Positions 51,193-64,000 of a stretch of DNA of 64,000 nt are shown piece by piece; position 1 is the first letter of the stretch; each line of letters starts with the position of its first letter. A program made the position numbers and the translations under genes. Below the pieces are notes generated by a model. The model had not been told where the DNA came from and ran no database searches. It worked only from the letters and a program-made list of their open reading frames with translations. This DNA comes from Octopus vulgaris (Eukaryota), in the NCBI GenBank assembly GCA_951406725.2, contig OX597816.1, positions 180,482,001 to 180,546,000 of the forward strand. Direction: 5' to 3'.

Positions 51193-52467
51193 ATATTATT
51201 ATTAAATTGGCAAAGCCAGAGTTCTTCTCAAAATGTATGTTCTCATCTTACGAATTCTTGGCTTCTACTTGGGAGAAGGATTATTGCCTCAACTTTCCAT
51301 GAATGTTTTACAAATCTCAGGATTCCTATCTATGTGAGAAATAGTTGTTGTTGATAACTTGACAATACCATTTTTTACCACTAACCACTCAATTTTGAAA
51401 TAGAAGTGGAACCTGGTTTATTATTCAATTAACTAAACTAGGTTAAGCAGAGTTATATACCTTGCTTAGTTGTACAATCTAAACTAATAAAATGCCATAT
51501 AATCAATTGTCCAATACTTTAAACTCAGCCAGTTTTCCCCATCCATATTTATGAATTACACTGTGTAACACAATTTTTGTCCTTGGTAACAATTGTTATC
51601 TCCTATTTACTTCGCCCTAGAAAGTATGGAAAATGGCTATTTCCTTTAAATTTTGCTTTTCTTACCTTCATTCAAATGCCAAAGAATCCCTCTCAACACA
51701 CGGCTATGATGCTCCTCCACTACTCTTGTTCATGATCAGAGATGCACATATTGTCAGCCACTAAGGGACATGCTCAAATAGTTTAAGGTCAAGCAACTGA
51801 CAAGCAAATCTGTGGTATTGAGCAGAATATTTGCTATAACAATATTTCTGCTTCAGCAATTCAGCACTGAATCTGTCTGAAGTGTTATGAAAAATAGGTC
51901 AGTTTCAAAGCATTGATGTCCGTGTCACAAAAGCAATGTTTCAAGGGAATAGTTATCATTTCCTTTAATTTCTAAATAAAAGCAAGTGGGAAATAACACA
52001 GACAAAAAAACAAAAAAAATTTTTCTTGCACAGTGTTATAGCTTGCTGATTGTTGAGAAAAACCCAAGGCTCTTTACGTCAACAACTCACTATATAAAGT
52101 CCCATACACTTCTTTGCAGATGTTGGCATTTCCTATTCTTCCCTCACTGCTGATAGCTTTGATTGTCTGTCTTCAATCCCTGATGTTCTCTTAAATACTT
52201 TATGTCATTTAGTTATATCACATCATCAACCCAAATCTTGCCACATTAAAGCTTTACTTTTTTCTTTTTACCTATCCTTGTGAAGCTGATAAAATAAATA
52301 TCAATGATACACAGGTTTGAATCAATAAATCACAGCTCTCCTACAAATTCTAAGTTTAAATTCCTATTGTTGCTCAGCTACTCTTTTGTTTTTATACATA
52401 TAGCTCCAACCTTAAGCCTTATTATTGTTTTCATTCTCAATTCTTTTATTCACTTTTCTTTTAACAG

Positions 52468-52620
52468 AAAAGCAAAAAAGATGTCAGCAATTTCGACCGT
52501 GAATTCACCAGTGAAGCTCCAAAGTTGACACCAACAGACAAACTGTTCATTATGAATTTAGACCAGACTGAATTTGCTGGATTCTCCTACATCAATCCTG
52601 AATTTGTTATCTCTGTTTGA
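52468..52620 (+). CDS. PRKCB: Conventional PKC alternative terminal exon B (betaI-like V5 tail): KSKKDVSNFDREFTSEAPKLTPTDKLFIMNLDQTEFAGFSYINPEFVISV*
   Basis: Long pyrimidine tract and ttaacag acceptor (ends 52467). Phase 0. LTPTDKLFIMNLDQ and EFAGFSY.NPEFVI.V match the PKC-betaI tail as I recall it. Stop TGA at 52618-52620. Confidence 0.95.
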   Translation, partial: KSKKDVSNFDREFTSEAPKLTPTDKLFIMNLDQTEFAGFSYINPEFVISV

Positions 52621-52947
52621 AGATATTAGCTGTTGTACCCCCAGACCATGGCCAATGAGGTGCCAATCTTTATTTGGATCAGCTTGTGTTGCTAAATCTG
52701 GCACCATGGCTGCATAGGCTGAAATTCTCTCCACTCTCATTTTTGGCTAAAGTTGGTCAACCAGAATGTCTTTTTAACTATGTTTCTGTGTGTGTGTGTG
52801 TGTGTGTGGTGTATATATGTATATATATATATATACATGTATATGTATGTAAATAAACACATACACAAAACATATAGGCACAACCACTCACACACATATA
52901 ATAAATGTATGTTATATAAAGCATATGTATATAAAGATGTATGTGTG

Positions 52948-52986
<39 letters not shown>

Positions 52987-53881
52987 GTGTGCATATGTGT
53001 TTTTGTGTATGTATACATTAAATATATATGTATATACATATACATACATACATAGAGATAGATATAGATATATCGTCTGTTTCTAATTTATATACCTATA
53101 TTTATATAGAAACAGGCAAATGCACACATTTAATTACTGCTGACATCATCACAGTTTTCCAAACATTTCTCAAAGAGGGGTATAAATACATAGATATTAT
53201 ATATATAGACACAAAAACATGTATGTACGTGAATGTGTGTACATGTGTACATATATATATATATATACACGTATACACAGATACACATACATACACATAC
53301 ACACACATACATACATAACCCACTCTTTCGCTAAACTACCTTCTCAATGACTATTCTCTTCACACCCTTCTAATCTCTCAACTAACACTTTACAACTGTG
53401 CCGTGTTTGAACACACCCAGTGGTAGAATCACATTATTTTCTTAATTGCCTCAGGCAGTCTGTGGTGCTTTTGGGATGTCCCCTCAATGACTAAGATCTC
53501 CCTACAACAGGTTCATTTCTTACATACAGCACTCTATATATAATTCATAGATTGTTTCCTTTTTTTTTATCACTCTCTTTCTCACACACTATATATGAAA
53601 CACAGTAATATATATATATATATTTATATATATTTATATATATATATATATATATATAATATACGTGTGTGTGCGTGTGTGCGTATACTATACAGAACTC
53701 ATACACACACTTATACTTAGAACTGCACCATTTGTGTATATATTTTTAATTTTGAAAGATGGATCTTGTGGAATATTGCACTTTTTCTTATCCATGCACG
53801 CACACACACACACACACAGATTATGAAATACAACTCTATTACAATACATATGAGCTTAAACACACTTAGTAACAAATGCAG

Positions 53882-53917
<36 letters not shown>

Positions 53918-53957
53918 TATACATACATATATCTGCATTTATATATATACATACACA

Positions 53958-54003
<46 letters not shown>

Positions 54004-55301
54004 GCTGAGGGCAGTAGACTCCTCTAATTTATCATCACACAGATCTTTAATGTTTTTAATTTAACAAAACTTCACCTTAATAATCCCATAGATATAGAAA
54101 TATATGATTTTCAAATTTTGCGTTGCTGTCTTCCTTCTATTATCAATATTTCTATCTTCTTCAATCTCTTAAGTAAACAGTGTCATTCCAATTTTAATCT
54201 TTGTTTTAGTATAACACTCCATTTCTTCAAATATTTTCCAGTCTCTCAATGCCAGTGAAAAGTGCTTCAAATTCTTAATATAGCAAGCAAATTTTCTGCA
54301 GATAGTTACCATTAAAATGGAAACTATGTACAATAGAACAGAACTCCTGTATATGTGTTAGTGGCATGCACTTTGATGTGTGCCTTGTTAGAGATCATAC
54401 GTTAAATACAGAAAATATAATTAATAACACAAATAACATGAATAACTATAAAATAAAGTAATACAGTATAGTGTTATGTATAGACATCCAGTCTCAGTGA
54501 CTTTTCTGGTTGTTCTCTTGTTCAGGTGTACAAAACTGAAGTAAAGAAATCTGATACAGTATTTAGTTATCAACTTAGAATATACATTTCAAGTAAAACA
54601 AAAATGAAAAAATTCTGCAGGATACATTCAAATAATATATTGATAACTATAACTAGTCGTGTTTTTATTGAAATTACATGAAATTAAAATTTCAGTTTTC
54701 TTAATTTCCCAAAAACAAAATATTTAACTTCATGATTAAATAATGGCAGTAGTTTTGCAGCATCTTATGTCTTTTGATATGTTTGCATCAGAGAGTTTCA
54801 CCTGCTGTTACAAGAGTCTAAGAGTCATACAACTAATGTCTTTCCTCTGCATATATGAGATTCCACTTTCACAACCTCAACAAATTCCTATATAGCACTG
54901 CTGCTATGAGCAAAGGCTGTGCTTTCTTTGCAGTGGAGCTTACATACTGAAACACACCTATATTCTTTCTCTCAATCAGTCTCATCCTTGCTTCAGTTAT
55001 CAACATTTTACCCAATTTTTTTCCTAGAGTAAATCATTTCAAATTATGTACATACAAATGCAAGTCTTGAATATATTGATTCAAATGTATCTTGTCAATA
55101 AACTTTCTTCATATAACCACCCTAACTGCAAAACTAATAGTTACAGTAAAGAAAACATTTCAGCTTATGATATATATATATAAAACAGACACAGAAGTCT
55201 GGTGCAATCTTCTGCCTGGTCAGCTCCTGTCAAACCATCCAACCCATGCCAGCATGGAGAGTGGACATTAAATGACACATGATGATGATATATATTTTTT
55301 T

Positions 55302-55341
<40 letters not shown>

Positions 55342-55601
55342 CACACACACACATTCACACATACATAAGATACATGCATACATACAAATATATATATATG
55401 TATATGCTCCATCGTTCAAACACACATAAATGTACATATTTATGAATAAATACATCCACACACATCCACATATCAACCAAGTGATCCCCCATTATGTGTT
55501 TGGCTTCCATGCAGGTTTTACTGATTTTCAAAACTCCATGCATACATTTCCTTGCTGTAGTTGAGGTCATTTCATTGAGGTTATCTTCCCCTTTCCCCTC
55601 T

Positions 55602-55657
<56 letters not shown>

Positions 55658-55771
55658 TATTTTGTGTACATTAAAAACATTTTTATTGACAAGAATATTG
55701 TGCATTTATAATTATTATTATCATTATTATTATTATTATCATCATTATTGTTGTTGTTATTGTTATTGTTG

Positions 55772-55802
<31 letters not shown>

Positions 55803-55806
55803 CATT

Positions 55807-56220
55807 AAGGCGGTGAGCTGGGCAAACTGCTTAGCAGCATTTCTTCCTGCTTTAAGATCTGAGTTCAAATACCACAAAGGTCAACTTTGCCTTTCGTCCC
55901 TCCAAGGTCGATAAAAAAAAGTACCAGTCAAATACTGGGGTTGATGTAATCGACTTGCCACCACCTCTCAAGAAAATCGCTGGTCTTGTGCCAAAGTTTG
56001 AAACAATTTATTATTATTATTGGCAAGCTGGCAAAATCATTAGCACACCAGGCAACATGCCCAGCGATATCTTTACATTCTGAGTTCAAATTTTGCTGAG
56101 GTCAACTTTGCCTTTCATCCTTTTGGGGTTGATAAAATAAGTACCAGTTGAATACTAGGGTCGATGTAATCGACTTGCCCCTTCCCCAAAATTGCTGCCC
56201 TTGTGACAAAATTTGAAACC
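55807..56220 (+). mobile_element. Two tandem SINE copies after a (TTA/TTG)n tract
   Basis: aggcggtgagctgg...gagttcaaat...caactttgcctttc occurs twice. Confidence 0.75.
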
Positions 56221-57743
56221 ATTATTATTATTGTTATTATTTCATAAGAAATTTTTACTTACATTTTACTATGAATTCCCAGTGTTTGATGGCCAAACTG
56301 CGTTGAAAATGGTTTAAAAAATACAAAAAAAAAAATATATATATATGCTGAAGTTGGTTAAATTGTGTGGGTTATTTTTCTTAACATTTTTCTGCCCCTT
56401 GTCATTAACATTTTTTTATACATTCTGCATATGTATAATTTGTTTATTTTTTGTTTGTTATTTTTATACATAATTTACCTTTTTCTTTCTTTTTTTTTTG
56501 TCCTGGTATTCTTAACTCTTCAAGATTTCATAAATATGTTATTTCATAATACATATTCTTGAACAAAACATACAAAAATACTAAAAATATACTGTTATTT
56601 TTTTTTTTTAAAAAAAGGGAAAAAAATGAAAAATTAATGCTAATAATAACAATAATAATAATACTTCACTTGTATAGTCTTGTGCTGGCTCCCTTCTGTC
56701 ATTATTCCCTGCACTTTGCACTACGAGTCAATTGTATAAGTTACTCATCCCATCAAGTATCATTGTAAAGGAAGAAATCATGTCTCAAGCTCTGCCTTCC
56801 TTTCATTGGTATAATTTTTGTTTTCTTTTTTTTTTCTTCCCTAAAATCATGACATCTTGAAAAATAAATCCCTTCCTACGAAAATTAAATAAATAAATAT
56901 GCATCGATTTCATTTTTTATTTTATATTTTTATTTTCATTTTATTGTGTCATAAATAAAATAAATAAATGAAAAGACTTTTTGAATTTTTAATTTTTTTA
57001 AAAACTTTTTTGTTTTAATAAAGCAATTACTGGCACACAATAAAAAATAGTCTTATACATACATATATATATCTGTATATGTGTATGTCTATCTAACTAT
57101 ATATATATATATATATGTGTATGTGCGATATATATATATATATATATATACATACATGTACCTATATATGTGTATGTATGTATCTCAAATTTCAATCTAT
57201 CTATCTATATATGTAAGTGACATAGTCAATGACAAAATATTTTGTGATATTAATTACAACCCCTTTACTTTCTGAATTCAAATCCCATCCATGTCAAATT
57301 CGCCTTTCGTCCCTCCTGCAATGATAACTAAGTATTAAGGTCAGAAAAACATATGTATAGACATATTTAATTGACCATACCATACATGGCATACGTGCAA
57401 ATATTTTTCAAATGTCTTAAACACCTGTAGAGGTGGAGAGTACACATATAACGAAGCTAAATTTTTTGAAGATAATGACCAAGCATTGGTACAGTTCAAT
57501 AACAAATCAGTTGAAAAATTCAATATATTCGCTATTCTTTATGTAGCAATACAAATCAGGAGACAGAGAAGGGAATAAAAGGAAAAAAATAAATTGTTTC
57601 CTTTGTCACACCAAAATACACAACAAAATAAATACTGTAACCTGGGAACATTGTTATAAATTTTACTTCAATTATGTTCTTATACACACACACAGAGCAG
57701 TAGTTTTATATGTAAATAAATGTATACACATGCATATATAATT

Positions 57744-57829
<86 letters not shown>

Positions 57830-58234
57830 TATATATTTCTTAAGGAATATGTTGTTACATAGTATTATTTTTATTTTTAACGCATTTAAGTATATTGATA
57901 AACATTTAAAGATAACCATTTCAAGTGGCAGTGGTCAGCATCAAATTTTAATCTTTTGCTTATGGCTTTTATTTCTTTGTATATGCAATCTAACTTAATA
58001 CATAGACACATATGTAAGTATTGAATTAAAAATATTTTCTCATCAGCGAAAGACTATATTGCAAGTTTGTATGTATCTGTATGTGTGTGTGAATTTATTC
58101 ATTTATACATATTATATATATATATATATATAATGATTATTTGAGGGAATATTAATCCTAACTTACAGGGAAAAAATTCAATTTAGAAATACAAAATCAA
58201 ATTTCAACAATATAATATATATATATATATATGA

Positions 58235-59813
58235 AAATTAGAGAAAAACACCTTTTATCAATTCAAAATGAACAATTAAATTACACCATCTAGAAAATTA
58301 CATATAATAGAAATATTAAAATAAAAATAAAATATCGATGATTGAGTAAATTGCAAAAAAAAATAATAATAAAAACGTATATAATTGGTAGAATAACGGC
58401 ACATGTTTCGTGGCTATATTCAAGAAATGATTATAGTAAAAAAATTAATAGTAGTTGTAAAATTACTTCGATATAAATATAGCCACTCATCAGGTTAAAA
58501 ATAAACTAGAATAACAAAATAATTAATTAATAGATATACTTTAAAATATATATATACATATATAAGATACTAAATATGCATTAAGTGAACATTAAAAACA
58601 ATACTTAAATTATTCAATACTTTAAAATTAATTAATATACACAATGCTAGTACAAGTCATTAATATTGTAATCAAAATAAGAAATGGTTCAAATATAGAC
58701 AAACTCATTAAATAATCTAACTATATAATTAATATATATGTGTAGTATCTATAGATTTAATATATCACTCTATAATATAGTTGACTAAATATCAATTAAT
58801 ATAATACCTAATTATCTTAAATTTAATACTACTTAATAAATATACCACCTAATAAATAAATAATATATTGTCTAACAAAATTAATTCTCAAATTAAATTA
58901 AATGTAATACGTTAGATCTCTTTTCTTTAATTTATGGGGCTTAAACGTTTCTTACTTTCCATTAGCAAATAATTCTCACCATTATATCATTTTTATATAT
59001 ATTGATAGTTATAAATTATGATAGATATTAATTCTTATATCTATTTATTTAGATTGTTTTAATATATATAAAGGGATTTAACATTACATTTAATTTAATT
59101 TGAGAATTAATTTTCTTAGACAATATATTATTTATTTATTAGGTGGTATATTTATTAAGTAGTATTAAATTTAAGATAATTAGGTAAGTTAAATTAGTTA
59201 AGTTAATTTTTTGGCTCAAAAGGCAAGGCCATGTAAGTATTATATTAATTGATATTTAGTCAACTATATTATAGAGTGATATATTAAATCTATAGATACT
59301 ACACATATATATTAATTATATAGTTAGCTTATTTAATGAGTTTGTCTATATTTGAACCATTTCTTATTTTGATTACAATATTAATGACTTGTACTAGCAT
59401 TGTGTATATTAATTAATTTTAAAGTATTGAATAATTTAAGTATTGTTTTTAATGTTCAATTAATGCATATTTAGTATCTTATATATATATATATATTTTA
59501 AAGTATATCTATTAATTAATTATTTTGTTATTCTAGTTTATTTTTAACCTGATGAGTGGCTATATTTATATCGAAGTAATTTTACAACTACTATTAATTT
59601 TTTTACTAGAATCATTTCTTAAATATAGCCACGAAACACGTGCCGTTATTCTACCAATTATATACGTTTTTATTATTATTTTTTTTGCAATTTACTTAAT
59701 CATCGATATTTTATTGTTATTTTAATTTTAATATTCCTATTATATGTAATTTTCTAGATGGTGTAATTTAATTGTTCATTTTGAATTGATAAAAGGTGGT
59801 TTTTCTCTAATTT
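58235..59813. repeat. Large AT-rich inverted repeat (arms about 58235-58918 / 59075-59813) between (TA)n tracts
   Basis: About 680 bp of near-identical reverse-complement arms and a spacer of about 155 nt. The right arm has a 53-bp insertion (59187-59239). Confidence 0.92.
59545..59648 (+). ncRNA. Hammerhead ribozyme-like motif with a 12-bp stem II (mirror copy at 58394-58497 on the - strand)
   Basis: taac-CTGATGA-gtggctatattt...aaatatagccac-GAAA-cacgtg-CC-gtta. Perfect core boxes and palindromic stem III. The triplet is GCC instead of GUC in both arms. Confidence 0.65.
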
Positions 59814-60284
59814 ATGTATATATATATATATATACACATGCAAATATATATATGTGTGTGTGTTTTATTACATAGATATATGCATATGTCTATCCTTTTA
59901 TGTTCATTTTTCTTTAGAAATGAGAGAAAGAGTACTCAGTGCATGAAGTAAAATTTTTATTTATTAAGAGGCCGGTGATGATTCATGCTATCTGGTCCCC
60001 AGAATTTCAAAACATGCACTGAATCAAGTAACATAAATATTGCTGATAGGATACACATGTAGAACATGAAAATTATGTGTGTGTGTGTATACAAATACAT
60101 ATATGTATGTATATAATATTTGCATAATTTAGACAAGCACAGCTATATGGTTAAGAACTATGTCTAACAATGTCATTCTTGGTACAATCCCATGACATGG
60201 TAAATTAAGCAAGTATCTTCTACTATAGATTTCACCTGATAAATTCCTTATAAACAGAATTTGGTGAACAAAAATTATTCGTTA

Positions 60285-60307
60285 CATATATATGTACACA
60301 TATATAC

Positions 60308-60358
<51 letters not shown>

Positions 60359-60862
60359 TATATACATATATATACATTTATATATATATATTATATGTAT
60401 ATTTATATGTATATATATATCTATATATATATATATATATTTGCATATTTATATATATTTTTATATGTATATATATTTACATAAATACATATATATATAT
60501 ATTTATATGTAAATTTATGTATAAATATTTATATATACATACATATATATATTCATACGTATAAATATATCTGTATAATTATATATATATATGTGTGTTT
60601 ATATATATATCAATGTATATATACACATATATTTTATATGTATATATGCATATCTATACATGCATGTATATATACATATATATAAATATATACGCATATA
60701 TATATATGCATATATATATACATATATATGAATATATACATATATATATATATTCATATGTATATATATATATATATTCATATGTATATATATATATTTA
60801 CATATACATATATATATTTTTATATGTATATATACATGTAAGTATATATTTATATATGTATA

Positions 60863-60899
<37 letters not shown>

Positions 60900-61250
60900 A
60901 TATATTTATATATATATATGTATTTATATATATATATATATTTATATGTATATATATATGCATATATATATAGTTATGCATATGTATGTATATATCTATA
61001 TATGTATATATATCTATATATATACATTTATATATATATTTGTATATCTATATATTTATATGTATATATTTACATATATATATTTTTATATATGTATATA
61101 TATATATATTTATATGTATACATATATTTATACATAAATATGTATATTTATTTAGATATTTATGTATATTGTTATATGTATAAATATGTAGGTATATTTG
61201 TATATATGTATAAATATGTTTATATTTGTGTATATGTATATATATTCATA
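60285..61250. repeat. Long degenerate (TA)n low-complexity tract
   Basis: Read directly from the sequence. Confidence 0.9.
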
Positions 61251-61372
61251 AAATATGGATGAAAATCCTGTGAATGGTAATGATCAGATTGTCCACATGG
61301 AAAAAAATCAATTTATAGCAATTTATGTATTAAATTCATAATTATATGTATATATATATATATGTACTTATC

Positions 61373-61592
61373 TTAAGGGAGAAGGTCAAAACAAGATTCA
61401 TCTCCTCCATACTGAATTAACTTTCAGACATTACGATTATACCGAAAAAAACATGCAGAATCTTTTTTAAATATCCTCTCACTAGCCTGCTTTCAATCTC
61501 ATGCATTTATGGAGATTTTTCAGTAGCTTCATAATGGTTGGACATTAATTCCGTATAGAGAAGATGAGTCTTGTTTTGACTTTCTCACTTAA
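61373..61592. repeat. Diverged inverted repeat between (TA)n tracts with a hammerhead-like motif in or near the loop
   Basis: 61373-61420 vs 61545-61592 (about 6 mismatches), extending more loosely inward. The - strand of 61480-61526 reads CTGAAA-aatctc...gagatt-GAAA-gcaggc-TA. Confidence 0.7.
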
Positions 61593-61625
61593 AATAATTA
61601 TATATATTTATATAATTATTAGTTT

Positions 61626-61674
<49 letters not shown>

Positions 61675-61895
61675 GAATTATTTATAAGCATGGAATAGAA
61701 TCAAATAATATCAACACTTAGACTGACTAAGTATGATTACATTGAGTTTACAGTAAGGAAAACAACAAGGAAGGTATCAAGTGTTTGTTGGATACTGTAG
61801 ATATGTAAGTACCAAATTTAATTTAAATTATAGATCCAACTGTGGGGTTGGTTCCAGTTGTGGTGCAGGCATAAAATAGAATACACATGGTGTTT

Positions 61896-62045
61896 AAAAT
61901 TTACAACAGCTTTATCAGTAGAATTTTATTGACTTATTCATAGATTACATCATAACATATAACTCACCAGCTTCGGGTAAAATTTCAAACTGCTAATCTG
62001 TAAGTAGATCAACAGAATTCTACTGAAACAGCTGTTGCAAATTTT
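61896..62045. repeat. Diverged inverted repeat containing a hammerhead 3' half
   Basis: 61896-61947 vs 61994-62045. GAAA-cagctg-TT-gcaa at 62025-62040. Confidence 0.6.
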
Positions 62046-62063
62046 GGATTTTATTTGTGCTGT

Positions 62064-62112
<49 letters not shown>

Positions 62113-62154
62113 ATGTATATATAAATACATAAATAATATGTATATATATATTCT

Positions 62155-62522
62155 TTTACTTGTTTCAGTCAGTTGACAGCAGCCATGCTCGAGAACCACC
62201 TTTGGTTGAACAAATCAATCCAAGAACTTATTCTTTGTAAGCCTAGTACTTATTTTACGAATGTCTTTTGCTAAACTGCTAAGTTACGGGTATGTAAACA
62301 CACCAACATCAGTTATCATGTGATGGTGGGAGGACAAACACATAAACATATATATATACACACACACAACGGGCTTCTTTTGGTTTCCGTCGACCAAATC
62401 CACTCACAAGGTTTTTGATTGGCCTAGGGCTATAGTAGAAGACACTTGCCCAAAGTGCCACACAGTGGGACTGAACCCAGAACCATGTGGTTGGGAAGCA
62501 AGCTTCTTACTGCACAGCCACA
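62155..62522 (-). mobile_element. tRNA-derived SINE (family of 5148-5545)
   Basis: gtgggactgaacccagaaccatgtggttgggaagcaagcttcttactgcacagccac is the reverse complement of the head. Confidence 0.75.
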
Positions 62523-62620
62523 CATATATGTATGTATGTATATATATATATATGTATATATATATATGTGTGTGTGTGTGTGTATGTATGTATATATGTG
62601 TATGTATGTATGTGTATGTT

Positions 62621-62655
<35 letters not shown>

Positions 62656-63090
62656 GAACATATACGTATGTATATGTATGTGTATATCATCATCATCATC
62701 ATCGTCGTTTAGCGTCCGTTCTCCATGCTAGCATGGGTTGGACGGTTCGACCGGGGTTCTGGGAAGCCAGAAGGCTGCACCAGGCTCCAGTCTAATCTAT
62801 ATATATATGTTTGTATATATATATATGTGTATATATATATATATATATAGTATGTATGTGTATATGCATATATATGTGTGTGTTTATATATATATATTTG
62901 ATATGTATGCATATATATATATATATATGTAATGTTTGTGCATGTAAATATATATAATATATATGTATATATATGTAAAATATGTATGTGTATATATGTA
63001 TGTATGTATATATATATATATTTAATATGTATATATATATATATAATATGTATATATATATATATATAATATGAATGTATATGTATATGC

Positions 63091-63131
<41 letters not shown>

Positions 63132-63906
63132 GTATGTGTGTGTATATATTAAACATTTACATGGAAATGATTGTTTGGTTTGCTACTCCTGCTAATCCCA
63201 ATGATATGCAGTACAAGTTGTTTCCAGGTTTTCCTGCTGTTACTGTCCAGATTGTTAACTTTGACCACACACTCATTTTTCCTCTCAATTTCTCTCTATA
63301 TTGTCATCAGCCCTCTAAGGTTTGGTCTTCCTTTTTTTCCCCCGTGTTTCTTCCAGCTTTCATTGCTTTGTTTCCCATCACACTCCACCTGGCTGAATTC
63401 ATGGAATGTGTTCTAACCCATCTCCTGATGCCTAAAATTCTCTATACTGTTTCATTCTCAAAACTGCAAAAGCCTCTGGCTATTGCTTTATCATTATGCC
63501 AAGACACTGTTCCATACAACACCAATCCAACCATTGCAACACTGACCCTTATTTTTGTATACATTCTTAGTCTGTATCACTTCCATTGTTTTTTGGTACA
63601 TTCATGGGAAATGATTAATCAGTTAAAAATCATTTAAAAGAAAGAATATATCTAAGTTTTCACTCATGTGTTTATGGTGTGGAAACTAGGGCAGTTTATG
63701 TTAGTGTCACTTCACAATCCTCAACCTTTCCATGACCATATTTCTGTTGATATAAACTTCTTTCACTGGGATTCATTTTGAAAATAAGGAAGAATTCAGT
63801 AAAATATCTTTGTCATTAAGTTGATGTTTTAAAATTTAAATTAACACCACATTTTGAAAGAAAGTTTTAATTTAGATGAATTTTAAACAGGATGTTTGGG
63901 ATACAA

Positions 63907-64000
63907 TTAACCCTTTAACACCTGAATTACTCTGCCAAATGTTGCACTCATTCATTCACATTATTTTGAATAAATTATGCATTATCTTGTAGTATTAAGA
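63907..64000 (+). mobile_element. TTAA-type MITE, left end (runs off the window)
   Basis: TTAA|ccctttaacacctgaattactctg...ttttgaataaattatgcattatc, homologous to 12341-12420. Confidence 0.5.

Noticed and set aside
56880-57045. AATAAA cluster as the poly(A) site of the distal isoform
   Set aside because: Plausible, but AATAAA is expected by chance in sequence this AT-rich. It needs 3'-end data.
58919-59074. Remnant of a GIY-YIG C-terminus (TFKP..L) on the - strand in the palindrome spacer
   Set aside because: Too short and degenerate to support.
59969-60022. Further hammerhead remnant (GTGATGA...AAAACATGCA)
   Set aside because: Both core boxes and the triplet deviate, and the stems are not convincing.
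63071-63637. 188-aa ORF
   Set aside because: It starts in a microsatellite, has no recognisable domain or splice support, and its composition is that of pyrimidine-rich non-coding DNA.

Overview
AT-rich, microsatellite- and retroelement-dense animal genomic DNA. The repeat content looks cephalopod/octopus-like, which is an inference. The only host gene I can support is the 3' end of a conventional (Ca2+/DAG-dependent) protein kinase C on the + strand. It has two kinase C-lobe exons (551-658, 1418-1558) followed by two alternative, phase-0 terminal exons that the ORF track misses. The proximal one is PKC-alpha/betaII-like (33109-33270) and the distal one is betaI-like (52468-52620), the same order as in vertebrate PRKCB. 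The introns and downstream DNA hold three long RTE-clade LINE copies in alternating orientation, a Penelope-like (Neptune-type, GIY-YIG) element, an R4/Dong-like LINE fragment, many tRNA-derived SINEs and DNA-transposon MITEs. The most unusual recurring structure is a set of sequence-unrelated fold-back elements sitting in (TA)n tracts. Several carry minimal type-I hammerhead-ribozyme motifs pointing outward, and the Penelope 3' UTR carries the same kind of motif. Coordinates were read by eye; exon boundaries are exact, and most repeat boundaries are approximate.
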